64,000 bases of DNA from Octopus bimaculoides (Eukaryota), in the NCBI RefSeq assembly GCF_001194135.2, contig NC_068983.1, positions 151,337,125-151,401,124 of the forward strand, read 5' to 3'. Below, one piece after another: positions 37,927-49,556 of this stretch. Both the position numbers and the translations under genes were made by a program. The notes under the pieces are model-generated. The model saw only the letters and a program-made list of their open reading frames with translations. It was not told where the DNA came from and ran no database searches. How positions within the stretch are numbered: the first letter of the stretch is position 1; each line of letters opens with the position of its first letter.

Positions 37927-38125
37927 CGGCGAGCTGGCAGAAAAGTTAGCACGCCGGGCGCGTCTGTCTTTACGTTCTGAGTTCAAATTCCGCCGAAGTC
38001 GACTTTGCCTTTCATCCTTTCGGGATCGATAAATTAAGTAACCAATTACGCACTGGGATCGATCTAATCGACTGGCCCTTCCCCGCAAATTTCGGGCTTT
38101 GTGTCTAGAGTAGAAAAGATTATTA
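37927..38125 (+). mobile_element. SINE family B with the internal hairpin top deleted
   Basis: CCGGGCG|CGTCTG junction lacks AAATGCTTAGCGGTATTT; core and B2 tail (AGAAAAGATTATTA) are intact. Confidence 0.85.
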
Positions 38126-38344
38126 TGTCCACACCCAGCAACTCCATTCCACTGTAACATTTATATATCATCTTACAAATATTCATATACGCTAACCTAT
38201 AGACAGACTATAACGTACTGATAGATAGAGATTCAATCACACAGGCTCATAGTCATTCGTAATACATAAGTTCGTACACTGCACACGAACAGCAATGCTG
38301 AGTTCAGTACGTCGCATCGCAGTATTCAAAAAATGCTATAGCAT

Positions 38345-38507
38345 ATGGTGTATTTTAACGTGTGTAAGGAACCCTTGTTTGTCAAAAATTAGGTTTAAAA
38401 AATGGGAGTTTCTTATACATAGATAGTATTATAATCCCTTACAAACCTTTTTTTTTTTAATTTTAAGCCCCCAAAATTAAGGGGTTTCTTATACGCGTTA
38501 AAATATG

Positions 38508-38512
<5 letters not shown>
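38345..38512. mobile_element. ~165-bp MITE, Tc2/pogo-like
   Basis: TIRs 38351-38374 and 38482-38505 match at 21/24 (three transitions); internal repeat of GTTTCTTATAC; ends at a TA run. Confidence 0.65.
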
Positions 38513-38552
<40 letters not shown>

Positions 38553-39222
38553 CTACTAACTATACAAGCTACAGATTTTGGTGTATGAACACTGAATCTT
38601 CTAATATCTCGAACGAATGACTACTTAAATATAAAGTGCGTGCTAGAACACTTGATGAAGTAAGCTCCGAAATGAATTAATTAAAGAGACACTGTTAGCA
38701 ATGAAAACGGTAGTTTTGTAAATGGGTAATTCTTGTCAAAACAATAAGGGAAGCAACTGAAAAAGTCAAGGCCAGCGTATGTTATAGAATGTTTCGTGGT
38801 GAAACTGTTTAAGAAGAGAGAAAATATTCTAGTATATTCTGCTAACAAGCAATTCTCCACTCCTCTACGTAGCAGCTTTCTCCGTTGGCGTTCAGTATAC
38901 TTGAAGATATGGTCTTCATTGAACATCATGGGTGAACACGGTTATAATTACGTTTAATTTGAGTTGCACTCAAGTCTCACTCAAACTATATTCAAGTCAT
39001 CTATATTTTGAAACAAAGCATCAATTCTGCAAAACAAACACACACACTGAATAGTAAGCTGTGGCCATAGGTGTATTGGAGGAGGGGTGGTGGTGGTGGT
39101 GGTGATGGTGATGGTGTTGCTGTTCGTGGTGGTGGTAGTGTTGGTGGTGGTGGTGGCGGTGGTGGTGGTGGTGGTAGTGTTGGTGGTGGTGGTGGCAGTG
39201 GTGGTGGTAGTAGTAGTGGTTT

Positions 39223-39609
39223 TGTTGTCTAGCCCTGATTGAAATGACACATGATCGAGCAATGCAAGGAACCCATTGTCCAGTGTGACCATGGGCCCGG
39301 GAACAGGGGGTGCAGGTGGTGCAAGTGCACCCCCTAGAATTTTTGCGGAGTGCAGAACCAAAATTTGCAGCCCTACTTATTTTACTCAGGTTTACAAAAC
39401 CGTGAATAAAAAAGTGATGTGTAAAAAGTACCTTGAAGTTAGGTTCCTTCTCAAAGAACAAATCACAAAAATAGACCAAATTTGTAAAAAATTTTGGACC
39501 TGGGTTTGCACTCCCTAAGCAAATTTCGTTCCTGAGCCACTGAGTGTGACCGTTTCTAAGATGCGATCTGAGGGATATTTGTCCGCTATTTCTAGTAGGA
39601 CGAGGGACC
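39223..39609 (-). mobile_element. Old family D copy interrupted by a hAT MITE
   Basis: Left piece GTTGTCTAGCCC..GATCGAGCA; right piece GATCTGAGGGATATTTGTCCGCTATTTCTAGTAGGACGAGGGACC; contiguous once the MITE and one TSD are removed. Confidence 0.65.
39290..39542. mobile_element. 253-bp hAT-type MITE
   Basis: Perfect 8-bp TSD AGTGTGAC (39282-39289, 39543-39550); 15-bp TIRs CATGGGCCCGGGAAC / GTTCCTGAGCCACTG (11/15); subterminal 10-bp inverted repeat AGGGGGTGCA..TGCACCCCCT. Confidence 0.85.
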
Positions 39610-39769
39610 TTGTACAGACTGTTTTGTTGGCTCGTGATGGTCAGTTGTAAAGGAGATGCTAGTAGAGATAAAAGTGATAGTATTAATCCTATCAAAGATT
39701 GTAGCGATTTTGTTGAAGACGACAGCAAAGACAATGATAATGATTAGCATAAAGAGGATTGCAATGAAG

Positions 39770-40130
39770 ACACTGATGATGATGTTGATTATGATGATGA
39801 TGATGATGATGAAGATGATGATGACGACGACGACGATGACGATGACGACAATAGCCACGAGTTCCATCCTCAAGATGGAGCAGCAGTTTCAACGAGCAGC
39901 CATATTCTGAACAGTACACAAAACGGCTCCTCTGTCAAACTTTCCGGAGACGTAGTCCTTATGGTATCAAATCTCAAGTCAACGCCAATCAAAGCCATTC
40001 TACTATTTCAACTCGAATTGTAATATTGAACTTTCTGTTAGAAGTGACAATCAAGACGATGACGCCAGTAATAGTTTTGGTGGGGACCATGACGACAGTA
40101 GAAATGACAGTAATTGATGATGATGATGAC

Positions 40131-40178
<48 letters not shown>

Positions 40179-40275
40179 AATAATGATGATGATGATGACA
40201 ATGAAGATGATGACGACGACGACGACGACGACGACGACGATGCTGCTGCTGCTGCTGATGATGATGATAATCATA
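39770..40275. repeat. (GAT)/(GAC)-rich triplet arrays
   Basis: Directly visible. Confidence 0.9.
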
Positions 40276-40756
40276 AATGAACGGATAAATGAACAACAGA
40301 GCGAAATATCACGCACGTTAGCTGGTGGTAACATGTGAAGAATGGGAAAAATGGAAACACAGGGATGGAGAAAAAAAAAAAAAAAGATGGAAGAAAAGAG
40401 AACGCATCACTAAAAGGACAAATAAATAAATAAATGAATAAATGAATAAATAAATAAATAAATAAATAAAGATGGTGACATCGTAAAAAACAAAAAAGTG
40501 TTTAAAAGAAACACAAAAAAAATAAATAAAAGCAACCACACTTTTGGGATGGAAACTTTTGGTGTTGAAGGAGTAAAAGAACCAAAACCAAAAAAAAAAA
40601 AAAAAAAGAAAACATACCAAGAAAGAGGACAAAAAGATTTAATCTAAGTATTTATTTTGTTGTTTTGTTGTTTGTATTTTCTTATTTCATCAAAAGTCAA
40701 GTTGAAAACAGATGTGAGTTTAGTTATCATTCAACAGCTAAAACACCCACAGCTCA

Positions 40757-40789
40757 ATATTATTATTATTATTATCATCATCATCATGA

Positions 40790-40842
<53 letters not shown>

Positions 40843-40874
40843 ATCATCATCATTATTATTATTATTATTATTAC

Positions 40875-40941
<67 letters not shown>

Positions 40942-40948
40942 ATCATCA

Positions 40949-41016
<68 letters not shown>

Positions 41017-41045
41017 ATCATCATCATTATTATTATTATTATTAC

Positions 41046-41085
<40 letters not shown>

Positions 41086-41097
41086 ATCATCATCATC
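40757..41097. repeat. (ATT)n array with recurring AACATCATCATC spacers
   Basis: Spacers start at 40840, 40939, 41014 and 41083. Confidence 0.95.
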
Positions 41098-41661
41098 GTC
41101 CTGTTTGAAGGTTATCGTTGCTATTGTTATTGTTATTGTTATTGTTGTTATTGTTGTTGTTGTTGGTGTTGTTATTTTAATTAGCGTTGCTATTGTTGCA
41201 TCTGGTAATGTTGTTCTCCTTTCAGTTGTTGTTATTGCTGTTGTTGTTGTTGTTGTTGTTGTTGTCATTGTTATTACCATTATCTTATCATCTGAAATAA
41301 AAGTTTTCCCAGCATTTATTTTAGCTGGTGATGATTTATACTTAATGGGTCTCGCCTTATCAATTTAGAACGCGTTTGTGAGTTTTTGCGCGTATAGTGT
41401 ACCTCGNNNNNNNNNNNNNNNNNNNNNNNNNNNNNNNNNNNNNNNNNNNNNNNNNNNNNNNNNNNNNNNNNNNNNNNNNNTGTGTGTGTATGCAGATGTG
41501 TATGTATATGTATGTATATATATAGATTTATGTGTGTATGTGTATATACGTATTTATAAACACACACACACACACATACAAATATATATATATATATATA
41601 TATATGCATATCTAACATGTATACACACACACATATATGTATATTCATTTGCGTGTGTGTG

Positions 41662-41700
<39 letters not shown>

Positions 41701-42104
41701 ATCTGGCACACATACACACATGTGTATTCATTTATGTATATCTTTATGTGTATGTGTGTGTGTGTATACATACATGTATACACCGACAGATAGAGAGACA
41801 GACACATATACATATACACACATTGGTACAGGCACAGTAGCACAAATTGATGTCTGTGTAACGATAGTGTAAATGTTACTTAACCCTCCAGAGATTTCTA
41901 CAGATTGAGGGCCACGAAGCATCTGACATTCATACACTTATTGTATAAATAAGAATACAACATCAATAACAATTTGACGATGACGACGAAGCCAGCGACC
42001 ACAACGCCGATGACGCTGACGATGTTGATGAAATGGGAAAGAAAAGCTGCAAGAACGACAGGACCAGGGAAGGGAGCCTCTTGATCAAAGACGGTGAACA
42101 GAGC

Positions 42105-42146
<42 letters not shown>

Positions 42147-42970
42147 CGACGATGACAATGATGATGATGAGGATGATGATGAACAACAGCAACAACAACA
42201 GCAATTCTAGAGAGCAAAAAGCATCAGCAATCCTCTTGACGAAAGAGAGAAATTAAGAAAGCTTTTGGTAGGGCGATACAATATCATCAAACCATCGTAT
42301 GGAGCCATTAGTATACTCAGCTTCCTATCTTTGCGTATCTTGATGGGATTACGTATGGGAGGGAATTCCCTCTATCACACATACTTGTATATATATATAT
42401 ATATNNNNNNNNNNNNNNNNNNNNNNNNNNNNNNNNNNNNNNNNNNNNNNNNNNNNNNNNNNNNNNNNNNNNNNNNNNNNNNNNNNNNNNNNNNNNNNNN
42501 NNNNNNNNNNNNNNNNNNNNNNNNNNNNNNNNNNNNNNNNNNNNNNNNNNNNNNNNNNNNNNNNNNNNNNNNNNNNNNNNNNNNNNNNNNNNNNNNNNNN
42601 NNNNNNNNNNNNNNNNNNNNNNNNNNNNNNNNNNNNNNNNNNNNNNNNNNNNNNNNNNNNNNNNNNNNNNNNNNNNNNNNNNNNNNNNNNNNNNNNNNNN
42701 NNNNNNNNNNNNNNNNNNNNNNNNNNNNNNNNNNNNNNNNNNNNNNNNNNNNNNNNNNNNNNNNNNNNNNNNNNNNNNNNNNNNNNNNNNNNNNNNNNNN
42801 NNNNNNNNNNNNNNNNNNNNNNNNNNNNNNNNNNNNNNNNNNNNNNNNNNNNNNNNNNNNNNNNNNNNNNNNNNNNNNNNNNNNNNNNNNNNNNNNNNNN
42901 NNNNNNNNNNNNNNNNNNNNNNNNNNNNNNNNNNNNNNNNNNNNNNNNNNNNNNNNNNNNAGAGAGAGAG

Positions 42971-43010
<40 letters not shown>

Positions 43011-43230
43011 GTGTATTTGTGTGCGTGTGTGTGTGTGTGTGATGAGAGAAAAGAACGTGGGTTTGTACTTGGTATTCCATTATTGGTGTGCTGTTCCTAT
43101 CACATTGTAACCCTCCTCAGGTCGCATAGAACCTTTTGGGATAACACAGCCACAGGGAGTTTAATGTGATTAACGATAAGAACCGAAACATGAACGATAA
43201 AATTGTCGCGCATTGAACGCATCTACTCGC

Positions 43231-43311
<81 letters not shown>

Positions 43312-43904
43312 TCATATATTCTCGAATTAGTGACTTCTTTTTTGTAAGCCACTTAGTACAAATCCGAATTGAATTATCTAAATCTGTCATTGTCTCACTT
43401 GAGTTATTTCCCTTAGCTCTCTCTTCATAATCATGCTTCTAAAATATCTTCATTCGTTGATCGAGCAGGTTTGAGAAGACTATCTTTCACTGACGTTGTC
43501 CTGTAAAGTGAAAACGTGTGTTACTGTGACCTTCACGGCTAACGACTATTAGATTTATTCCCCTTACGGATGTCAACTGAATTTACAGAAATTAATTCCA
43601 GGTTTCTTGGAATTATGCTCCCTTTAACACAGCTGAAAGTTTACAATTGCTATAAGGATTTTTCTTTGGAAACTTTCTTTGATTAAGAAGCAAATTTTAA
43701 TCAAGAATTGTTCTGCATGCGTCATTTAGTACATTTTTTCTTACTTATATGCTTATACTTAAGTATGTTCATCTCTCTGCCTCCTCCTCCTCACTTCTCT
43801 GTCTCTCACTCTAAATATACGCTAATCTCCAGTAGTACACGATGTAACTATGCTAGCAAAGGCATGTCATCATAAACAGTGCTTCTCCTAGGTGGCTATG
43901 AGTG

Positions 43905-44105
43905 AGTCACCGTTCGGTTGCTGGACATACAAGATATGAAAGCTAATTATCCTTCAAAATCGCATGCAATTAAAGTAAATATGGAACCAGACATTGGATA
44001 ATAAATTCCTGTATGCATTATGTCGGAGAAAAGCGTTGTTTTGTCATGGTTGGACTGCCTTGCATCACTGATCTTATATCAGAAGTTATCTTGAGCAAAA
44101 CAAAA
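43905..44105 (+). mobile_element. Old family D copy
   Basis: ATCCTTCAAAATCGCA, GACATTGGATAAT, GTCATGGTTGGACTGCCTTG blocks in family D order. Confidence 0.5.
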
Positions 44106-45596
44106 ATGGCATAGCTTTAAATATGGTGAGTAGTGTAATTGGCATCCGTACTGCCATCGTAAATATCAATACCATTATCATGATGGCTAGTACTTAACAG
44201 CAACTTCAGCAATTAATACTAATATTTAAACACGATCACTGTGGTCATAACACCTACATTAACTCCATGGACAACAGCGTGTCAGTTACAAACATTGCTG
44301 TCATAAGCAATGTTGCCAGCAACAACAGTAGAGCTAATGAAGTTGTCACTACTCAGTCTGCTCGAACTGTTAGAGAGAGTAGACAAATTTTCCTTAGCAG
44401 CGACAATACGTTGGATAATGTGAATACTGGGTTTCTTGCAGATAGGAAAATGGCGGGACACCATTAATCGTAGATCTACTCAATCTGGTCTCATCCGGGG
44501 TGAAACATAACTAATAATAGCATGAACATTATATTGTCATAACAATAAAATTATCTTCATAATCAGGCATAGACAACAATTACATTGTCGCAAATGACAA
44601 TAATGTTATCAGGAGAGAAAGTAGGACAACATCAGAAATATTGTCATAAGTACTATCAGAACAACATGACTACAGTCTATGGTTACAGTCTATGAAATCA
44701 TCATAAACAACAATCTTATATTTATGTTCTCGGCGTTGATAACGGTATACAATCATCATAAAAGACGGTTGTCATCTTCATAATGATCACTCACACATTA
44801 TAATTCGGATCTTTACATCCTGAGTTCAAATCCTGCAGAGGCTAACTTTTCTTTTCATCTTTTCTATGTCTTTATCATTAATGTAGTAGTTCGATGATAT
44901 CGACTGTCTCCTCCCCTCAAAACCGCTGAACTTATGTCTAAATTAAACTATGCACAGTATCCTTGAAGATCAAAATATTTACTACGAGCCAAAAAGGAAG
45001 CGTTTATGTCCTACTGTCATAAGAAAAGGAACGCTGGATAATTTTGTTCCCTATTCCCAACGAATTTGACAGAAAAATGTACTAGTGTTTCTTTGATCGT
45101 ATTGCGATTGGCCAAGGGGTAACCAACCACAGTAACATGTTAGCAGTTATCATTTCAAAGTATAATAGAAAACCTCAAATTTGTTTTTGTAAGTTAATTA
45201 TCGTAACGGTATTAACATCATACATATCGTTGGTACCATAATAATGACCGCAATCATGAGCTTTTCCAATAACCAGCACAGCGATTACCACTTCCATCAG
45301 CATCATAATACTCCTCATAGCTACATATTGTTCAAGCTATTAATATCATCCATTTCATTTCAAATATCGCATGCCATTGTCATAAATCTCAACATTTCTG
45401 CGAAGGCCATGAACACAACCTCTTCTCCCAAACTAAAACACTAAAAGGTATGTAAATATTTTGATCATAAACACAATAAACATAAATACGCTACTCTCGT
45501 CATAAGCACTAGCTTTAATGACGAAACTGTCAATACTAATGCTATGACATCAATACTTGAGTTGGAAATAACGTCTAGTTTGCTGTCTCAAATATC

Positions 45597-45810
45597 CTTT
45601 CTAATATAGGCACAAGACCTGAAATTTGGTGAGGAGGGGGTCAGTCAATTACATCAACCACAGTACTCAACTGGTACTTATTTTATCGACCCCGAAAGAA
45701 TGAAAAGCAAAGCCGATCTCGGCGGAATTTGTATTCAGAACGTAAAGACGGACGAAATGCTGCTAAGCATTTCTCTCGGCTTGCTAACGAATCCGCCCAG
45801 GTCAGCGCTT
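45597..45810 (-). mobile_element. SINE family B
   Basis: TATAGGCACAAGACCTGAAATT...ACTGGTACTTATTTTATCGACCCCGAAAG...GACGAAATGCTGCTAAGCATTTC. Confidence 0.85.
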
Positions 45811-46298
45811 TTCACTCTCTTAAATATGAATGTTAATATCATAACCTTAAAAGAATATCCAAAATAACCCATTCGTTCTCTGACGGCATCTTGGCTTACC
45901 AACGATACCAAATTTCACTGGTCACATAATCTCGTGTACATAAACGTAGCAAACATCTTAGAGAAAAAGAAAAAAAGTCGCATGATGTCATTTTGTGATT
46001 GTATTCAACCAACCAAACCACTTCATTTTGGCGCGGATCACTTTTGCAAGCTGATCATTTTGAGCCATATGTAGCTCATATAAAACAACATGGTTTTCCG
46101 TGGCTAATCAGGGTTTGTCGTAGGAACGCCCGACTTCTTGCCGTGAAACACGTTTCTTCGCACACACACTTTCTCACCCTTTATCATTCTCTCTAGCCCT
46201 CTCACATTCAAATATGAAGAAAACACTTTTACTAATAAAATACCGACCGGCTTGAGACCGTAAAAGACACAGATATATATATATATATANNNNNNNNN

Positions 46299-46447
46299 NG
46301 AAAGGTGGTGTAAACAACAAATGGATGTATTAGTATAACGCTCGGGAATAGAGAAAGTCTTTAACGTTTCGAGCCTACGCTCTTCAACAGAAAGAAACAA
46401 GGAGAGGAACAAGGAGAGAAAAAAATATGTGTAGTGGTCAGCGATCT
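46299..46447 (-). mobile_element. Short Penelope-like terminal-repeat remnant between (TA)n tracts
   Basis: Carries the ..GAAGAG..CTCGAAACGT motif typical of Penelope-like terminal repeats; (TA)n at 46273-46289 and from 46446. No RT or GIY-YIG sequence is visible. Confidence 0.5.
46358..46395 (-). ncRNA. Candidate minimal type I hammerhead ribozyme, variant core
   Basis: Minus strand TCTTT-CTGTTGA-A-GAGC-GTAG-GCTC-GAAA-CG-TT-AAAGA: 5-bp stem I, 4-bp stem II, GAAA, palindromic ACGT stem III, GUU cleavage triplet; A6 replaced by U. Confidence 0.55.
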
Positions 46448-46452
46448 ATATA

Positions 46453-46488
<36 letters not shown>

Positions 46489-46996
46489 TGTATGTATACC
46501 TTCTGACAGTCACTATATGAAAACAACAATATTTCGTCATTTCTTATGAATAGAATAGTTGCAGGATAAATTCCACGCAATGTGAACATTTTAGTTCTTA
46601 CAAATTAATAAATATATTTTTTCTTTACTTTCTCTCTCTTTTCTATTACACGCACGCACACTCAGGCATGCAAGCCTGTGTGTGTGCCTGGCTGTGTGTA
46701 TGTGTATGTGTGTGTGTGTGTGCGTGTGTGTGTGTACGTACATTGGCCAGTTTCTTTTCAGAAAAGACGCACCAAAACTTTTTAATTCTCTGAAAAAGAA
46801 CTTAGTACGAAACATCCGAAATTTCCCTCAAAACAACATGAAATTTACTTACACTCACTCACCCCACAAATACACACACAAACACACACACACACACACA
46901 TACACACGCGCGCGCACTTACACACGCAAGCGCATCTATATGTTATTCATATGTATATATGTTATAAATATTATGCGTTGTATGTATGTATATCTG

Positions 46997-47040
<44 letters not shown>

Positions 47041-47655
47041 CATATATATATATAAATGTATATATNNNNNNNNNNNNNNNNNNNNNNNNNNNNNNNNNNN
47101 NNNNNNNNNNNNNNNNNNNNNNNNNNNNNNNNNNNNNNNNNNNNNNNNNNNNNNNNNNNNNNNNNNNNNNNNNNNNNNNNNNNNNNNNNNNNNNNNNNNN
47201 NNNNNNNNNNNNNNNNNNNNNNNNNNNNNNNNNNNNNNNNNNNNNNNNNNNNNNNNNNNNNNNNNNNNNNNNNNNNNNNNNNNNNNNNNNNNNNNNNNNN
47301 NNNNNNNNNNNNNNNNNNNNNNNNNNNNNNNNNNNNNNNNNNNNNNNNNNNNNNNNNNNNNNNNNNNNNNNNNNNNNNNNNNNNNNNNNNNNNNNNNNNN
47401 NNNNNNNNNNNNNNNNNNNNNNNNNNNNNNNNNNNNNNNNNNNNNNNNNNNNNNNNNNNNNNNNNNNNNNNNNNNNNNNNNNNNNNNNNNNNNNNNNNNN
47501 NNNNNNNNNNNNNNNNNNNNNNNNNNNNNNNNNNNNNNNNNNNNNNNNNNTATATATATACATATATATATATATATATTATATACACATGTACTTATTT
47601 TTAATATACATAAAATATATGTACGCATATATGTACGTGTGTGAATATTTATATG

Positions 47656-47717
<62 letters not shown>

Positions 47718-47974
47718 TTTGTGAGTGATTGTATATACGCGTGTTTCGTCGTTTGTGTCTCTGTTTATATATGTACGTCTGTTTCTTTGTCTAGGTATCA
47801 GTTTGCACGTTGACTATGCCAGTATGCGAATATAAAGAGTACATAACCCATGCGTGTTCAGCCAATAATAGACGTCAATTCTTTTATATAAAACATGATG
47901 GATGCCTTTCTCTTTGGAAACAGATTTCTGCCAAATCTGAACTTCAACACCAACATTACTCCCCACCCTTCCGC

Positions 47975-48227
47975 GCCACCACCACCACCACCACCAGCAC
48001 TACAACAATAACAACGTAAACGACAGTAACGTTTCACAACCACACCATCTTGTAATCACGACCAGCAGCAACAGCAGCAGCAGCAGCACCACCACCACTA
48101 CCACCACCACTACCACTACCACCACCACCACTGCCACCACCATCACAACAACAACAGCAACGATAACGGAAAACCCAAAACTATGACGATCAAAATTACC
48201 ACTTGCTGTATGTAGCANNNNNNNNNN

Positions 48228-48285
<58 letters not shown>

Positions 48286-48469
48286 AACTAGCACTACCAC
48301 TTCTACTTCTACTACTGCTGCCGCCACTACTACTCTACTCCAAAATCTACTACTACCACCACCACCACTACAGAAATAATCCTGAAAAGAGTGCTTCTTG
48401 AATTCTACTTTCTTTCTTCTTCTTCTTCTTCTTCTTCTTCTTCTTCTTCTTCTTCTTCTTCTTCTTCTT

Positions 48470-48520
<51 letters not shown>

Positions 48521-49060
48521 TTACAATTACCAACAAAATTAATACGAAAACTAACAATACTGCCACTAGCACTACCGCAAACACCTCCACTACCACCAAC
48601 ACTACTAAGTATACCAACACAGTTACAACAACCAACACCACCATTACTGACACCAGCACCATTTCTACAACCTCCTTCAACATCACCACCACCACCAACA
48701 GCAACAACTCCCCCACACCACTGTCTATACCATCAGCGTTATCACCCCCTCTACTCGTGCCATTCCCACCAACACAGCGGCACCATAATTTACTGTCTTC
48801 ACTACAGCATCTATTACAAACATTTCTATACCACCACCACCACCACCACCGTTACCACTACCGTCATACTACTACTACTACTACTACTACAACCAACACC
48901 ATTCTGCAACCACCTCCACTACCACAAGTACTTCCACCATCACCATTGCCAGCGCCACCGCATCAGCCACTTCCGTCGCCGCTGCCGCCACTCTATCCAC
49001 CAAACCTATTCCTTCTGCCCCCCCCCCTCCAACAATCCCACCATCACCACCAGAAACCTT
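47975..49060. repeat. Drifting triplet-repeat domain: (CAC)/(CAG), (CTA)n, (TCT)n then (TAC)n, degenerate ACC/AAC
   Basis: Directly visible. Confidence 0.9.
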
Positions 49061-49135
49061 TAAGATACTGTCACATAATTTCTTTTATTATTTGTTCAAT
49101 CTTTAATTGTGTTGTTTCTTCATATATTCTCACTG

Positions 49136-49202
<67 letters not shown>

Positions 49203-49556
49203 CTCTCTCTCTCTCTCTCTCCCTTTCTCTCAATGTCTTCTCTTCTCTGGCTATTTCTTCCCTTTCTTTGTTTATTTAGTCTCAAGTACTACAGCGTAAA
49301 TCATAATTTAAACGCCAACAATGTCAGTCGAAACGATGATGATGGTGATGATGATGACGCTGATGATGATGATGGTGATGATGATGGTGGTGGTGATGAT
49401 GATGGTGGTGGTGGTGGTGGTGGTGGTAGTGGTGATTAGGTAGGGACAGGCAAAATATGATGGTAAAGGCGACCGCGATAGAGAAGAGCATCATCACTAT
49501 TATAATGATTGCAATGAAGTGAGACAAACAACAACCACAACAACAACAGCACTAAT

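Noticed and set aside
39595-39650. Possible short terminal exon TRDLVQTVLLARDGQL*
   Set aside because: The acceptor-like TTTCTAG and the first codons belong to the minus-strand family D repeat.
48391-49299. 302-aa Ser/Thr-rich mucin-like ORF with N-x-T/S sequons
   Set aside because: It is built from (TCT)n, (TAC)n and degenerate ACC/AAC repeats that give Thr/Asn automatically, runs on into (CA)n/(CT)n, has no signal peptide or splice acceptor, and several frames are open at once.
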